Origin: Candidatus Poribacteria bacterium
GTDB taxonomy: Bacteria > Poribacteria > WGA-4E > PCPOR2b
Direction of reading: 5' to 3'
Length of the DNA: 64,000 nucleotides
NCBI GenBank assembly: GCA_965208325.1
Contig: OZ242326.1
Span: forward strand, 4,096,001-4,160,000
Below are positions 8,006-20,210 of the stretch, in pieces. The notes beneath the pieces were generated by a model. That model saw only the letters and a list, made by a program, of their open reading frames with translations, searched no databases and had not been told where the DNA came from. The stretch's first letter is position 1, and the number at the start of each line of letters is the position of its first letter. The position numbers and the translations under genes were made by a program.

Positions 8006-9838
8006 CTAATGCGTTTCATGTTCGCGTTGGCTCAGGTGTTTCCGGATGCTATTCGCTACGTTACGGGGAATTCCTTTGACAGCGAGCAATTCATCCAAAC
8101 TGGCTTGACGAACACTTGCAACGGATCCAAAGTGCTGGAGTAATCTCTGTTTCCGTTTGGCTCCGATGTTGGGAATTTCGTCAAGAATTGAGTGGTTGAT
8201 TGCGCGGCTGCGTAGCTTGTGATGGTAGGAGATAGCAAAGCGGTGGGCTTCGTCACGTAGACGCTGAATAAGGTGAAGTGTTGGGTTGTCCCGCCGGAGA
8301 ACAATTGCATCTTTGCGGTTTGGCAGAAAAATATGCTCGAATCGCTTCGCAAGCCCGATAATTGGAAGATGAGCGAGCTCAAGAGATTTCAACGCCTCGC
8401 AAGCTGCGCTTAGCTGCCCCTTGCCGCCATCAATCAAAATGAGGTCAGGAAAACGGTTTTCCTCAATTGCGCGGCGAAATCGGCGAGTGACCACCTCCTT
8501 CATCATTGCAAAGTCATTTTGTCCTTCTACGGTACGAATCTTGAAACGCCGGTATTCGGATTTGGCGGGTTCGCCATCTTCCATGACAACCATTGACCCC
8601 ACAGCGAATCGATCTCCCAGATTGGAGATGTCGAACGCGTCAATTCGTTGCGGCGGCCGATTAAGGTTTAACAACTCTTGTAGTTCAACTAGTGCTGGAT
8701 TATCCCCAGCTTTGAGCACGACTAATTGGTCCTTTTGTTCAAGGATCAAGCTCGCGTTCTTCGACGCCATCTCCACTAACTGGCGTTTGCGCCCTTTCTG
8801 AGGAATGTGCAGGGCCACACGACTTTCCCTTTTCTCGGAAAGCCAGTTTTGAATGGTTTCGAGCGTTTCAATTTCGCCCGGCAATACGACGGTTTTGGGG
8901 ATGAAGGAAGCGTCCTGATAGTATTGCTGCACAAAAGCCGTCAATGATTCACGCTTCGATTCGCGCTGAACATCGGTCAGAAAGTAATGCTCGCGCTCGA
9001 TGAGCTTCCCATCGCGTACCATCAGCACCTGAACGCATGCCTCATCACCTTTGCAGGCGATGCCAATTACGTCCTCATCCTCTGCAGACGTATTGTCAAT
9101 ATGCTGTTTTACAACACCTTGGTTAACGGTTTCAATCTGGTCTCGGTATTTTGCTGCGCCTTCAAAGTCAAGATTGGCGGCAGCGTTCTGCATCTTCTCC
9201 GCAAGTTCTTGGATAATGTGTTGTGTGTTTCCACTCAGGAATCGGCGGACGTTGTTCACAATCTCGGCATAGTCATCAGTGCTGATGAGGTCGGCGCACG
9301 GTCCGGGACAGCGATTAATATGATAATCTAGACAAACACGATACGCGTTGCCTGATTCTTTCAAGTTCAAGCTACAGGTGCGTACAGGAAATGCCTTTGT
9401 GAGTTGCTTAACTGTAAGGCGTGTTGCGCGGGTATGCACGAAAGGGCCGAAATACTTTGAGCCGTCATTTTCGATTTGGCGTGTGATGTAGAGGCCTGCA
9501 TAAGGTTCTTTGACCGTGAGTTTCAAGTAGGGATACCGCTTGTCATCCTTGAGTTTCACATTGTAGCGAGGTTGGTGTTCCTTGATAAGGTTGTTCTCCA
9601 AGATTAACGCTTCAACGTAGGTCTTGGTGAGGACAAAATCAACATCATGGACGTATCGCAGCATCGGCTCTGTCAGGGCATGCGGTGAGGCGCTGCTTTG
9701 AAAGTATGATCTTACACGCTGGTTGAGTGACGACGCTTTGCCGACGTATAGGATTTTCTCCTCAACATCCTTCATCAGGTAGACGCCGGAATTGGTAGGG
9801 AGATTTGCGAGTTTGTCTTTAAGCCGATTGTTCATCAT
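8006..9838 (-). CDS. uvrC: Excinuclease ABC subunit C
   Basis: GVYLMKD..YVGKA, PRYNVKLKDDKRYPY, UVR domain, FDISN, LIDGGKGQL, RDEAHRFA, C-terminal HhH. Confidence 0.97.
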   Translation of the reverse strand: MMNNRLKDKLANLPTNSGVYLMKDVEEKILYVGKASSLNQRVRSYFQSSASPHALTEPMLRYVHDVDFVLTKTYVEALILENNLIKEHQPRYNVKLKDDKRYPYLKLTVKEPYAGLYITRQIENDGSKYFGPFVHTRATRLTVKQLTKAFPVRTCSLNLKESGNAYRVCLDYHINRCPGPCADLISTDDYAEIVNNVRRFLSGNTQHIIQELAEKMQNAAANLDFEGAAKYRDQIETVNQGVVKQHIDNTSAEDEDVIGIACKGDEACVQVLMVRDGKLIEREHYFLTDVQRESKRESLTAFVQQYYQDASFIPKTVVLPGEIETLETIQNWLSEKRESRVALHIPQKGRKRQLVEMASKNASLILEQKDQLVVLKAGDNPALVELQELLNLNRPPQRIDAFDISNLGDRFAVGSMVVMEDGEPAKSEYRRFKIRTVEGQNDFAMMKEVVTRRFRRAIEENRFPDLILIDGGKGQLSAACEALKSLELAHLPIIGLAKRFEHIFLPNRKDAIVLRRDNPTLHLIQRLRDEAHRFAISYHHKLRSRAINHSILDEIPNIGAKRKQRLLQHFGSVASVRQASLDELLAVKGIPRNVANSIRKHLSQREHETH

Positions 9839-10170
9839 CGCTTCTTGGAACCGATTGGATTGAGTTCCAACCCAGTTTGTGCATTGTGTGTTTCGACAGG
9901 GAATATGTCAGGTATCGGCAATTGAAGAGGATTAATCTGTTGCAACGAAGGCCAAATCTCAGTGCATCTTGACTCAGACCAGTCATTACGTTTTCAAAAT
10001 GGTCATCGGCGCACTGCTTATTCCATTTTATGATGCCACAAAACGCACGATTTTTCAAGTTCTTTGGTGCCGTTTTATCGAATGGACGAGCGTTTAATTT
10101 ATTGGTAAAGCCGCTTTTAATCTGAACAGCCTCAACCAATAAATCGGTAGACTTCGGAGACCCAAAATAA

Positions 10171-10209
10171 AAAAGGGGAGCGGGACACGAATTGTGTCTC
10201 ACTCCCCTT
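10171..10209 (-). terminator. Intrinsic terminator downstream of groEL
   Basis: AAAAGGGGAG..GACAC-loop-GTGTC..CTCCCCTT hairpin with a T-run on the minus strand. Confidence 0.7.
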
Positions 10210-10236
10210 ACTGTTTTGCGTGTGCACTATGCGAAT

Positions 10237-12181
<1,945 letters not shown>

Positions 12182-12263
12182 TACGTGTTCTCCTCTCGTT
12201 AAACATTTAATATAAATGATACTTTACTGATGGATAAATGAAATTTACCCATAGCGTTTATAG

Positions 12264-12280
12264 GGCAAGAAGTATGCCAA
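12264..12280 (-). promoter_or_regulatory. Sigma54 promoter upstream of groES
   Basis: Minus strand TTGGCATACTTCTTGCC (GG-N10-GC) about 85 bp before the groES ATG. Confidence 0.6.
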
Positions 12281-12525
12281 CCCGTTATTAAAGGATACTT
12301 GGGCTAGAGGGGACATTTTGACACGACAGATGTCGAGACAAATTGTCGTTGTTTTGCTAGATGTTGGGGTGCGTGTCATATTGTCACGGTTAGGTCGTTG
12401 GTATCATTACCGCCCTGCTAAATTTGATTGAGATGATGAGAATATTTGGGTTGCTATCGCGATGAAAGTCTGTAAATGCAGCAACGTAACGACCTTTATC
12501 GGAATGTCATGACCGTACTTTTTCA

Positions 12526-12554
12526 TTGACAAATGTAGTCTAGCTTGGTAGAAT
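12526..12554 (+). promoter_or_regulatory. Sigma70 promoter of tRNA Gly-Cys-Val operon
   Basis: TTGACA-17bp-TAGAAT with extended TG. Confidence 0.8.
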
Positions 12555-12567
12555 TAACTGTTATTAT

Positions 12568-12639
12568 GCGGGAGTAGCTCAGCGGTAGAGCTCTACCTTG
12601 CCAAGGTAGAGGTCGCGGGTTCAAGTCCCGTCTCCCGCT
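12568..12639 (+). tRNA. tRNA-Gly(GCC)
   Basis: GCGGGAG acceptor, anticodon arm CTACC-TTGCCAA-GGTAG, GGTTCAAGT T-arm. Confidence 0.97.
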
Positions 12640-12644
12640 TTCAT

Positions 12645-12719
12645 GGCGGCGTAGCCAAGTGGTAAGGCGAGAGTCTGCAAAACTCTTATACGTCGGTTCG
12701 ATTCCGACCGCCGCCTCCA
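12645..12719 (+). tRNA. tRNA-Cys(GCA)
   Basis: GGCGGCG acceptor, AGAGT-CTGCAAA-ACTCT, U73, encoded CCA. Confidence 0.97.
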
Positions 12720-12724
12720 ATTCT

Positions 12725-12798
12725 GGGCGGTTAGCTCAGTTGGTTAGAGTACTTGCTCGACACGCAAGGGGTCATAGGTTCAAATCCTATACCGCCCA
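12725..12798 (+). tRNA. tRNA-Val(GAC)
   Basis: GGGCGGT acceptor, CTTGC-TCGACAC-GCAAG anticodon arm. Confidence 0.93.
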
Positions 12799-12821
12799 CT
12801 TATATAGTATCCATTTATATC

Positions 12822-12848
12822 AAAGAGCCGAAAGGCTCTTTTTTTTTT
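12822..12848 (+). terminator. Intrinsic terminator after tRNA operon
   Basis: AAAGAGCC-GAAA-GGCTCTTTTTTTTTT. Confidence 0.9.
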
Positions 12849-12883
12849 GGCGGCCGCGCAAGCCGCTATAACCGGTGGAACTT

Positions 12884-13908
12884 CTATCACCTTGGCTAAC
12901 CGTTCAGTTGATCCTATTCGGTTGCCTGATCCCCGCCTACAGGTCGTGGCGATCAGCGCGGCAAGATGCCGCGCCTACGTGTCGTGTTGAGAAGCGGGGT
13001 AAGGAAGATCTCTATCGCAAGGGATTCACTATCGCCTTGGCTAACCGTTCATTTGATCCTGTTCGGTTGCCTGATCCCCGCCGACAGGTCGTGGCGATCA
13101 GCGCGGCAAGATGCCGCGCCTACGTGTCGTGTTGAGAAGCGGGGTAAGGAAGATCTCTATCGCAAGGGATTCACTACCGCCTTGGCTAACCGTACATTTG
13201 ATCCTATTCGGTTGCCTGATCCCCGCCGACAGGTCGTGGCGATCAGCGCGGCAAGATGCCGCGCCTACGTGTCGTGTTGAGAAGCGGGATAAGGAAGATC
13301 TCTATCGCAAGGGATTGACTATCGCCTTGGCTAACCGTTCAGTTGATCCTATTCGGTTGCCTGATCCCCGCCTACAGGTCGTGGTGGTCAGCGCGGCAAG
13401 ATGCCGCGCCTACGTGTCGTGTTGAGGAGCGGGGCAAGGAAAATCTCTATCGCACGGGATTGACTATCGCCTTGGCTAACCGTTCAGTTGATCCTATTCG
13501 GTTGCCTGATCCCCGCCTACAGGTCGTGGTGGTCAGCGCGGCAAGATGCCGCGCCTACGTGTCGTGTTGAGGAGCGGGGCACGGAAGATCTCTATCGCAC
13601 GGGATTAACTATCGCCTTGGCTAACCGTTCATTTGATCCTATTCGGTTGCCTGATCCCCGCCTACAGGTCGTGGCGATCAGCGCGGCAAGATGCCGCGCC
13701 TACGTGTCGTGTTGAGAAGCTGGGTAAGGATGATCTCTATCGCACGGGATTGACTATCGCCTTGGCTAACCGCTCAGTTGATTCTATTCGGTTGCTTGAT
13801 CCCCGCTTACAGGTCGTGGCGATCAGCGCGGCAAGATGCCGCGCCTACGTGTCGTGTTGAGGAGCGGGGCAAGGAAGATCTCTATCGCACGAGATTTTCT
13901 ATCGCCTT
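12884..13908 (+). repeat. Tandem array of seven 145-bp REP-containing units
   Basis: Units start at 12884, 13029, 13174, 13319, 13464, 13609, 13754, with a partial unit at 13899; each carries GCGCGGCAAGATGCCGCGCCTAC. Confidence 0.95.
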
Positions 13909-13988
13909 CGTCTTGATTGTCCTTGTGCTGCAACCATGAGTTTCGGTTCCAACCCACCCACCAGGATTAGCGGCCAGTTTAAATTGCA

Positions 13989-16691
13989 CTATCCGCTGCG
14001 CCGTTTCCATATCGACACACTTTCAATTTTTACATCTGTTTCATAGTTCGATCGAATATACGCCGTGACGAGCGGCACCCTATCCACAGTTTGGATTCCA
14101 TCCGGACCGTTGCCCCATCCACTCCCCGTAGTGAAGATAACATACTTCGGCTTAGCTTGTTCAAGATCTGCAATCACTTCTTTCTGCAGCGGTTCAGGAG
14201 ACGCATACACTACTAGCGGGTACCGCGTTGGATTAGGCCTATCGGCGAGGAAGTAATATGCGGCCTGGTTTGATAGGTCAAAGATTGGATCGGTTGGTGC
14301 TGTGTTTTCCTGTATGTATGAGACAACCTTCTCAATCTCCTGCGCTTGGGCAGGAGGCGTAAGAATTCTCCCCGCACGTTCGATGTTAGGTTGAACGTAG
14401 GCTTCATACGGCGGCGAGATAGCTCCGAATCTCGGCAGTCGTATCAATGTCCGTTCGGCGATTGCGAGCGGCTTGTACAAATCGGCTTTAATATAGGAGA
14501 GCACTCCGGCAAGGATAACCAATAAGAATGCAAACCGGAGAGCGCCTGTTCGGGAAGAATGCATGCTGGGCGCAGCGTTAGCCATTTCGTCGTTGGCATC
14601 GTTTTCTGGCGGTTCTAATCTGTGGGGTTTTGTTTTGCGCAAGAACCGATCGATAAAATAGAAACAGATGAGCCATAAATATGCCAAACTGAACGTGATA
14701 TGGTGCCAGTCCGATCGGCCCAAGGCAGTACGGAAACAGATAATACCAGCCAATAGAATCAGCAGCAGTTTCCACTCTTTAATTTGTCCTCGGTTGGCTA
14801 TGGCATGAAACAGAAGGTAGGTTAAGGTCATCAAGTAGATTAGAATTGGGAAATACCACATGAACGGGCGGCTCAAAATGAAATCCGAAAATGTAACGAG
14901 GGACGTCACTTTTGAAAGTTCGGGGGATATGGGAATGAATGGCGTTCCAAAAATTGGGATGTGATAGACAGTTTGTATCCATGACCCTTCAATTACGTCG
15001 TCAATCGCGCCGTGCGCGCCAAAATAGATGAGGAACGGGAGAAAACCGATAAATACGCCCAACTTAAATATGAGCAGCGGAGACAGGTAAAATAACCGGC
15101 CCAATTTCAGAATTTTGTTTGGGGAAACGGTTTCAGGCAGCTCGCGCCGGACGGCAATAAAGCCGTAAAGAAGCAGAAATAGGCTGGATGCCGCCCATGT
15201 GTATAAACCGACATCCAGGCTGTTGAACACCGCCAGTGATGTACAGATTCCCGCCGCAATGAGAAATGGATTTCCAGATTTGACGCCTTTATTCAACCAA
15301 CAACACAGCAGCGCCATTGTGAGAAAACCGAAGATTTGCCTGTCTGACGCTGGTAGGTAGGCACGCGTAACACCTGCGACCACTTCCGTCGCAATCGCAA
15401 TAAAAATGAAAATCAAAGTGAAAAAATGCGCGGCGATTCGGCGCCGGAAAAATTGTAGTGCGAGCAGATAAAAAGCTACGTATCCCAGAGGATACACTAG
15501 GTGGTAAATCCTTCTATCCGATTCAATCGTTTCGCCAAAAAGTTTCATCCCAAGCAACGATTTGTACGCATTGTGAAAAAGCCCATGCAATATGCGAATG
15601 TCTCGATACGCAATTTCACCTCGAATCAGCTCGTTGACAACCCCAACGCGTTCTCCTTCGTGGAACAGGTCGATGCCGCCCGTATGCCACGCATGATTGA
15701 GACGGACATTGCTATCATACAAAAAGACATAGATGAGACCTGAAATCATAATAACAGTCAATACGGAGACTGCAATGTGAGGATCAAGGGAGTTGGAATT
15801 GGCGGGGGAACGAAGTTGCAAAAATACGAGAATTTTCAAAACAACAAACGCTGCGGCGGCTATTATTGCCAAGATGGTTGCCGCGTTCTCGATTTCAAAG
15901 AGCACAGCGAGCAATAGAAGCAGGAAGGTTGGGAAGAAAGTCAGCGCATCCCACCTGAGCACATCAGCGAAGCGGTAACCCGCCAATCCGCTTAACAATG
16001 CGGAATAACCTATCCAGAGAATCCATGTGCCTATGACTGAAAACAGCAACAGTTCCCAACATTGGAGCGGCGTAAGATCTTTTGGACTGCCGCGAATGAG
16101 TAGAAACACCGCCAAACACACACCGCTTGCGATCGGAATCGCGTGAAATCTCAAATTTTCTTTCGCCCACATTGCGAATCCGACACCATTTTCCGCAGGT
16201 ATTCTTTTGATAACTATCAGATTAAATGCCAGAAGCACGCCTTTGGCAAATAGGCAAAGGAGGAGAGGTATTCCGACAGTTCCCAGATGTGTTTCAGGCA
16301 AATACCCCTTTTCCAGCGTTAGCAGCAAGAGAAGAAACGGGAAAGCGTGTTGTCTCAGGATTAGTTCTTGAGGCTGTTTCGCCCAGACCGAACAGAGCGT
16401 AGAAACCCCAATCCAAAAGCCGCATGCCGATATCGTAAATAACGGTACGAAAACCGCGGCCGCTATGTAGTTTACAATCTCCTGACGCTTTGGATAGTTG
16501 TTTACTGAAACCCATCCGACCACCTCTGTCAATTCATTGACTCGCTTTTCCCCCAAAAACTGCAAATGTTCTTTGAAGGCAAAACTGAGCGCCAAAGCGA
16601 AGATGAAACTGCACACGGCAACTATCGCCGTATACGGTTGGTTGCTCGGGTGCCGCGCACAGTGGAAGGTTTTACGGATGGCGTCTCGCAT
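13989..16691 (-). CDS. Large polytopic membrane protein, probable GT-C-fold glycosyltransferase
   Basis: More than 15 TM segments; DLFHEGE, YRD..ILHG, ALGRSDWHH, C-terminal YYFLADRPNPTRY..PKYVI domain. Confidence 0.6.
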   Translation of the reverse strand: MRDAIRKTFHCARHPSNQPYTAIVAVCSFIFALALSFAFKEHLQFLGEKRVNELTEVVGWVSVNNYPKRQEIVNYIAAAVFVPLFTISACGFWIGVSTLCSVWAKQPQELILRQHAFPFLLLLLTLEKGYLPETHLGTVGIPLLLCLFAKGVLLAFNLIVIKRIPAENGVGFAMWAKENLRFHAIPIASGVCLAVFLLIRGSPKDLTPLQCWELLLFSVIGTWILWIGYSALLSGLAGYRFADVLRWDALTFFPTFLLLLLAVLFEIENAATILAIIAAAAFVVLKILVFLQLRSPANSNSLDPHIAVSVLTVIMISGLIYVFLYDSNVRLNHAWHTGGIDLFHEGERVGVVNELIRGEIAYRDIRILHGLFHNAYKSLLGMKLFGETIESDRRIYHLVYPLGYVAFYLLALQFFRRRIAAHFFTLIFIFIAIATEVVAGVTRAYLPASDRQIFGFLTMALLCCWLNKGVKSGNPFLIAAGICTSLAVFNSLDVGLYTWAASSLFLLLYGFIAVRRELPETVSPNKILKLGRLFYLSPLLIFKLGVFIGFLPFLIYFGAHGAIDDVIEGSWIQTVYHIPIFGTPFIPISPELSKVTSLVTFSDFILSRPFMWYFPILIYLMTLTYLLFHAIANRGQIKEWKLLLILLAGIICFRTALGRSDWHHITFSLAYLWLICFYFIDRFLRKTKPHRLEPPENDANDEMANAAPSMHSSRTGALRFAFLLVILAGVLSYIKADLYKPLAIAERTLIRLPRFGAISPPYEAYVQPNIERAGRILTPPAQAQEIEKVVSYIQENTAPTDPIFDLSNQAAYYFLADRPNPTRYPLVVYASPEPLQKEVIADLEQAKPKYVIFTTGSGWGNGPDGIQTVDRVPLVTAYIRSNYETDVKIESVSIWKRRSG

Positions 16692-16702
16692 ATCAAAACG
16701 TT

Positions 16703-16938
16703 AAGGCTTGTTTGAATAAAATAATGGGTGACAAAGTCATTTTCGGGAGTTTGAGTTGCTATAACTGCTGGAACTTCTATCGCACGGGATTTACTATCGC
16801 CTTTGCTAATCGTTCAGTTTATCCTTTTCAGTCGCTTAAACCCACCGAATACCTTACTCCAGCATCGCGCGGGGCAAGATGCCCCGCCTACAAGGCGTGG
16901 CGGTGCACTGTAAAACACGAATTTTCAAACAGGTTCTT
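16703..16938 (+). mobile_element. MITE-like repeat, family B
   Basis: Left GGCTTGTTTGAA and right TTCAAACAGGTTC form imperfect TIRs; aligns with 2039-2385. Confidence 0.65.
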
Positions 16939-17071
16939 AGTGAGTTTCGCGCCGATACTCGATTTGGGTGAACTCAACTATGAATAGAATGTGGGTATGG
17001 GTTGAGTTATGTATAAAAGAGGTGCGAGGAACGGCCCGGTAGATTTGCCAATGCGGGTTTTAACAACCTAC

Positions 17072-17854
17072 TCATTTCTCTTTCGCTTTGGCTTCGTCCC
17101 AAATTTTGTCTAGCCCCGCCAAGTCGTAATCCACAAAAGACTTACCCCGCCTGTCAAGTTCGGCCTCGACGTGATGAAAGCGATTGACAAACTTTCGGTT
17201 AGATTTCCGCAACGCCTCTTCCGCCTCAACTCCAACGAAGCGGCACAGATTGACAATTGAAAACAGCAGATCGCCAATCTCCATTTCGATTGCTTCTTCA
17301 TCCGACGATGAAATACTCGATTTAAGTTCTTGAATTTCTTCCTCTAGCTTTGGCAACACATCCGTGACGTTATCCCAATCGAATCCGACACGGGCGGCTT
17401 TGCGCTGAATGGTTTGCGCTCGCATTAGGCTTGGGAGGCGGTCAGGAATTCCGTCGAGAACGGAGTGGCGGTTTTCGTAACCTGCTTCGCTTCGTTTAAT
17501 CTCCTCCCAGTTTTTTAGCACTTCATCCGTATTCCGGACATTGACTCCGCCAAAAACATGGGGATGCCGCCGGACAAGCTTATCCGTAATTGATTGGATA
17601 ACCTCGTTGATGCTGAAAGCCCCGCTATCCTTGGCTAATTGGGCGTGCAGCATCACCTGCATGAGGAGGTCGCCGAGTTCTTCGGGCAATTTGCATGAAT
17701 CTTTGGCATCAATGGCTTCGATTACTTCATAGGTTTCCTCAATTAGGTCCGGTTTTAATGTTTCGTGAGTCTGGGCTTTGTCCCACGGACAACCGTTCTC
17801 GCTCCGCAACGCGGCAACCACCTGAACGAGTTTGTCAAATAATTCCTTGTGCAT
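17072..17854 (-). CDS. mazG: Nucleoside triphosphate pyrophosphohydrolase MazG (tandem domain)
   Basis: GCPWDKAQTH, EETYEV, EELGDLL, RRHPHVF, EIGDLLF; likely start ATG 17854. Confidence 0.95.
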   Translation of the reverse strand: MHKELFDKLVQVVAALRSENGCPWDKAQTHETLKPDLIEETYEVIEAIDAKDSCKLPEELGDLLMQVMLHAQLAKDSGAFSINEVIQSITDKLVRRHPHVFGGVNVRNTDEVLKNWEEIKRSEAGYENRHSVLDGIPDRLPSLMRAQTIQRKAARVGFDWDNVTDVLPKLEEEIQELKSSISSSDEEAIEMEIGDLLFSIVNLCRFVGVEAEEALRKSNRKFVNRFHHVEAELDRRGKSFVDYDLAGLDKIWDEAKAKEK

Positions 17855-18271
17855 TATGTGTAGGAACTCTCCTGAATTAGGTGTAACCTTGTTACCTAAC
17901 TGCCGTAAATTATTGAACGAAACATACGTCCAATGCAACCTGCGGCAATAAGGTTCGATTCCGAATAGATTATCATTATATCCTTTAACGGATGTTTGTC
18001 AAGACGGAACTAAACCTAATCCATTCTCGCAAGATTCGGAGCATGACCGTGCATTTTGAAAATGATTGACACACCCAGGTAGGCGTGCTAGAATCTTGAA
18101 GGTACTTGAACAGATTTGGTAAAACGCCAACTTGATGAAGCCGCCTTCTTCGAGTCTGAATTTGCGTAGGGAAGACATCACCAAAATCTAGGAAAATGGT
18201 CTTAAATATACCGCGTATCGAACTGTTCTTCATTACGCTGGACTCAAAACATGGCGTGTACAGAAAAATGG

Positions 18272-18301
18272 TTGACGCACAAAAATAGAACATGGTAAAA
18301 T
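18272..18301 (+). promoter_or_regulatory. Sigma70 promoter of LamG cluster 1
   Basis: TTGACG-18bp-TAAAAT with extended TG. Confidence 0.5.
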
Positions 18302-18418
18302 ATCATAGCGAAAAATAGTTTGGGCAGTTTCCAAACAACCCGCCAATTTTTTTTGATTCACTTGTCAAAAATGGGACCTGTAATTATTGTCCCCTAACGT
18401 TAACAGGAGGTAACAAAA

Positions 18419-19213
18419 ATGAAAGTTTCATTAACGTATTTATCTGTGGTGTTCGGTCTCGTTGTTTTCGGATTGATGTTTAATGTGGAAAGCGATGCCA
18501 AGATTGAATCCTCCGGTGCATGGCTTTTGGACGAAGAAAGCGGAGGTAAGATTGAAGACGCTTCCGGTAACGGCATTGACGGAGAAATTGAGGGCGACGC
18601 CAAATTCCCTAAGGGGCAGTTCGGCAACGCGATGGAATTTAACGGTGAGAACACACTCGTTCTCTTCGAAAATGAAGATCCGAACCACGCATTTGCCCTT
18701 CATCGTGACAAGGATGTTACATTCATGTTTTGGGTGCAGCCTTTTGATGTCACCCATGACGGCATTTTCTGGACACGTGGCAATCCCAAGGGTGATGATG
18801 CAGATAGATTTAATATCTATTCTGGTCCCGGTGAAACCTTCGGATTCGATTACAGGGAAGTGGGTGGGACTATCCATGGCCTCATCCAAGGAATCGAGCT
18901 TAAAACCAAGGAATGGACCCACTTGGCAGTCACGAGAGAAGGTAATACTTACAATCTCTTCCACAACGGCAAACAGGTCTCACAGGCGAAAGATCCAAGC
19001 CCAAAACTGCCCGAAACTGCAAGCTGGATGATGTCTGGAAGACCCGGTTTTATTTTTAACGGAATGTTGGATGAAGTTGCGTTTTTCGACGCCGTCTTGA
19101 GTAAAAACGACATTTCCAACATCATGGATAATGGACTCGAAATAGCCGCACTTTCTGTCGAGCCTTCAGCCAAGCTCGCCACAGCGTGGGCGCGGATAAA
19201 AACCAGCCAATAA
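18419..19213 (+). CDS. Secreted LamG-like (ConA/laminin_G_3) protein
   Basis: Signal peptide, WLLDE..G..EDASGNG, WTHLAVT, FNGMLDEV, tail VEPSAKLATAWARIK. Confidence 0.85.
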   Translation: MKVSLTYLSVVFGLVVFGLMFNVESDAKIESSGAWLLDEESGGKIEDASGNGIDGEIEGDAKFPKGQFGNAMEFNGENTLVLFENEDPNHAFALHRDKDVTFMFWVQPFDVTHDGIFWTRGNPKGDDADRFNIYSGPGETFGFDYREVGGTIHGLIQGIELKTKEWTHLAVTREGNTYNLFHNGKQVSQAKDPSPKLPETASWMMSGRPGFIFNGMLDEVAFFDAVLSKNDISNIMDNGLEIAALSVEPSAKLATAWARIKTSQ

Positions 19214-19414
19214 TTTCGATTTTGAGGTTTTGGGAAAAATTTGTTTCGAGTAAATGTCCCAAAACGAAATTTTATGCGGTTGAAACCACAAGCGTGCTTC
19301 TAGTTATTGAATTGCTAGAAGCACGCTTCAAACTCTCGCCTTGGGCTTTTCTTGTACGGCAGGTTTTTTACACACCTTAATGATATCCTCGGTTAGCCAC
19401 GAAGGGTTTATCTA

Positions 19415-20191
19415 ATGGCTATGAGTAAGCGTGTTTTATTGGGAGTAAGCGTTCTCGCTCTCGGCTTAATACTTGGATCGCAGTGCGCCGCGAGGATCGA
19501 TCCGAACACTATAGTAGGGATTTGGCTGCTTGATGAAGGTGAGGCGGATGATGCGTCCGAAAATGAACGGCACGGCAGACTTACCGGCAAACCCAAAGTG
19601 GTCGAAGGGAAGTTTGGGACGGCGCTGGATTTTTCCGGGGAAGGCGAATCCGTCAAGATTGCAGACTTAGGCGAAATCCTGCCCGCCAAAGTAGTGACAA
19701 TTACACTTTGGGTCAAAATTGGGGACCACGGTAAAAACCCGGATGTATTCAGCCTGAACCCGTGGGAGCCGGGCCGTATTGCTGTTGCCATATGGGACAA
19801 GCAAATATTCTGGCATTTTGGCGTTGGGGGAAAATGGATAGTTATCCGCTTCATTGACGAGGAATGGGTTGGACAATGGAAGCACTGGACTTTCATAAAT
19901 AACGCTGAAGATAATTTCATGGCGGGCTACATTGACGGTGAAAAAGCAGTTAGAATTGGGGGCATATCCGGCGAGTACGAACAACGCGGCGGAGACTTTC
20001 ACATCGCTGGACGGCCAGAAGCCTCCTTTTCGGGCGCGATCGACGATTTCGGCATATTTAATACGACTTTGTCCGAGGAAGACATAAAGATGATAGTTGA
20101 CAGGGGACTTGAGCGCGCAGCTCTATTTCAGGGTGTGAACAGCGCGGCTAAATTGGCTACGATTTGGGGGGGACTTAAGGCGTCACAATAG
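19415..20191 (+). CDS. Secreted LamG-like protein
   Basis: Signal peptide, IWLLDEG, GKFGTALDF, FSGAIDD, tail VNSAAKLATIWGGLK. Confidence 0.85.
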   Translation: MAMSKRVLLGVSVLALGLILGSQCAARIDPNTIVGIWLLDEGEADDASENERHGRLTGKPKVVEGKFGTALDFSGEGESVKIADLGEILPAKVVTITLWVKIGDHGKNPDVFSLNPWEPGRIAVAIWDKQIFWHFGVGGKWIVIRFIDEEWVGQWKHWTFINNAEDNFMAGYIDGEKAVRIGGISGEYEQRGGDFHIAGRPEASFSGAIDDFGIFNTTLSEEDIKMIVDRGLERAALFQGVNSAAKLATIWGGLKASQ

Positions 20192-20210
20192 CACGCTAGG
20201 AAGGATATCT

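Noticed and set aside
12884..13908. CRISPR array or repeat-protein gene
   Set aside because: Units are near-identical over the full 145 bp with no unique spacers, there are no cas genes, and the repeated ORFs shift frame with each unit.
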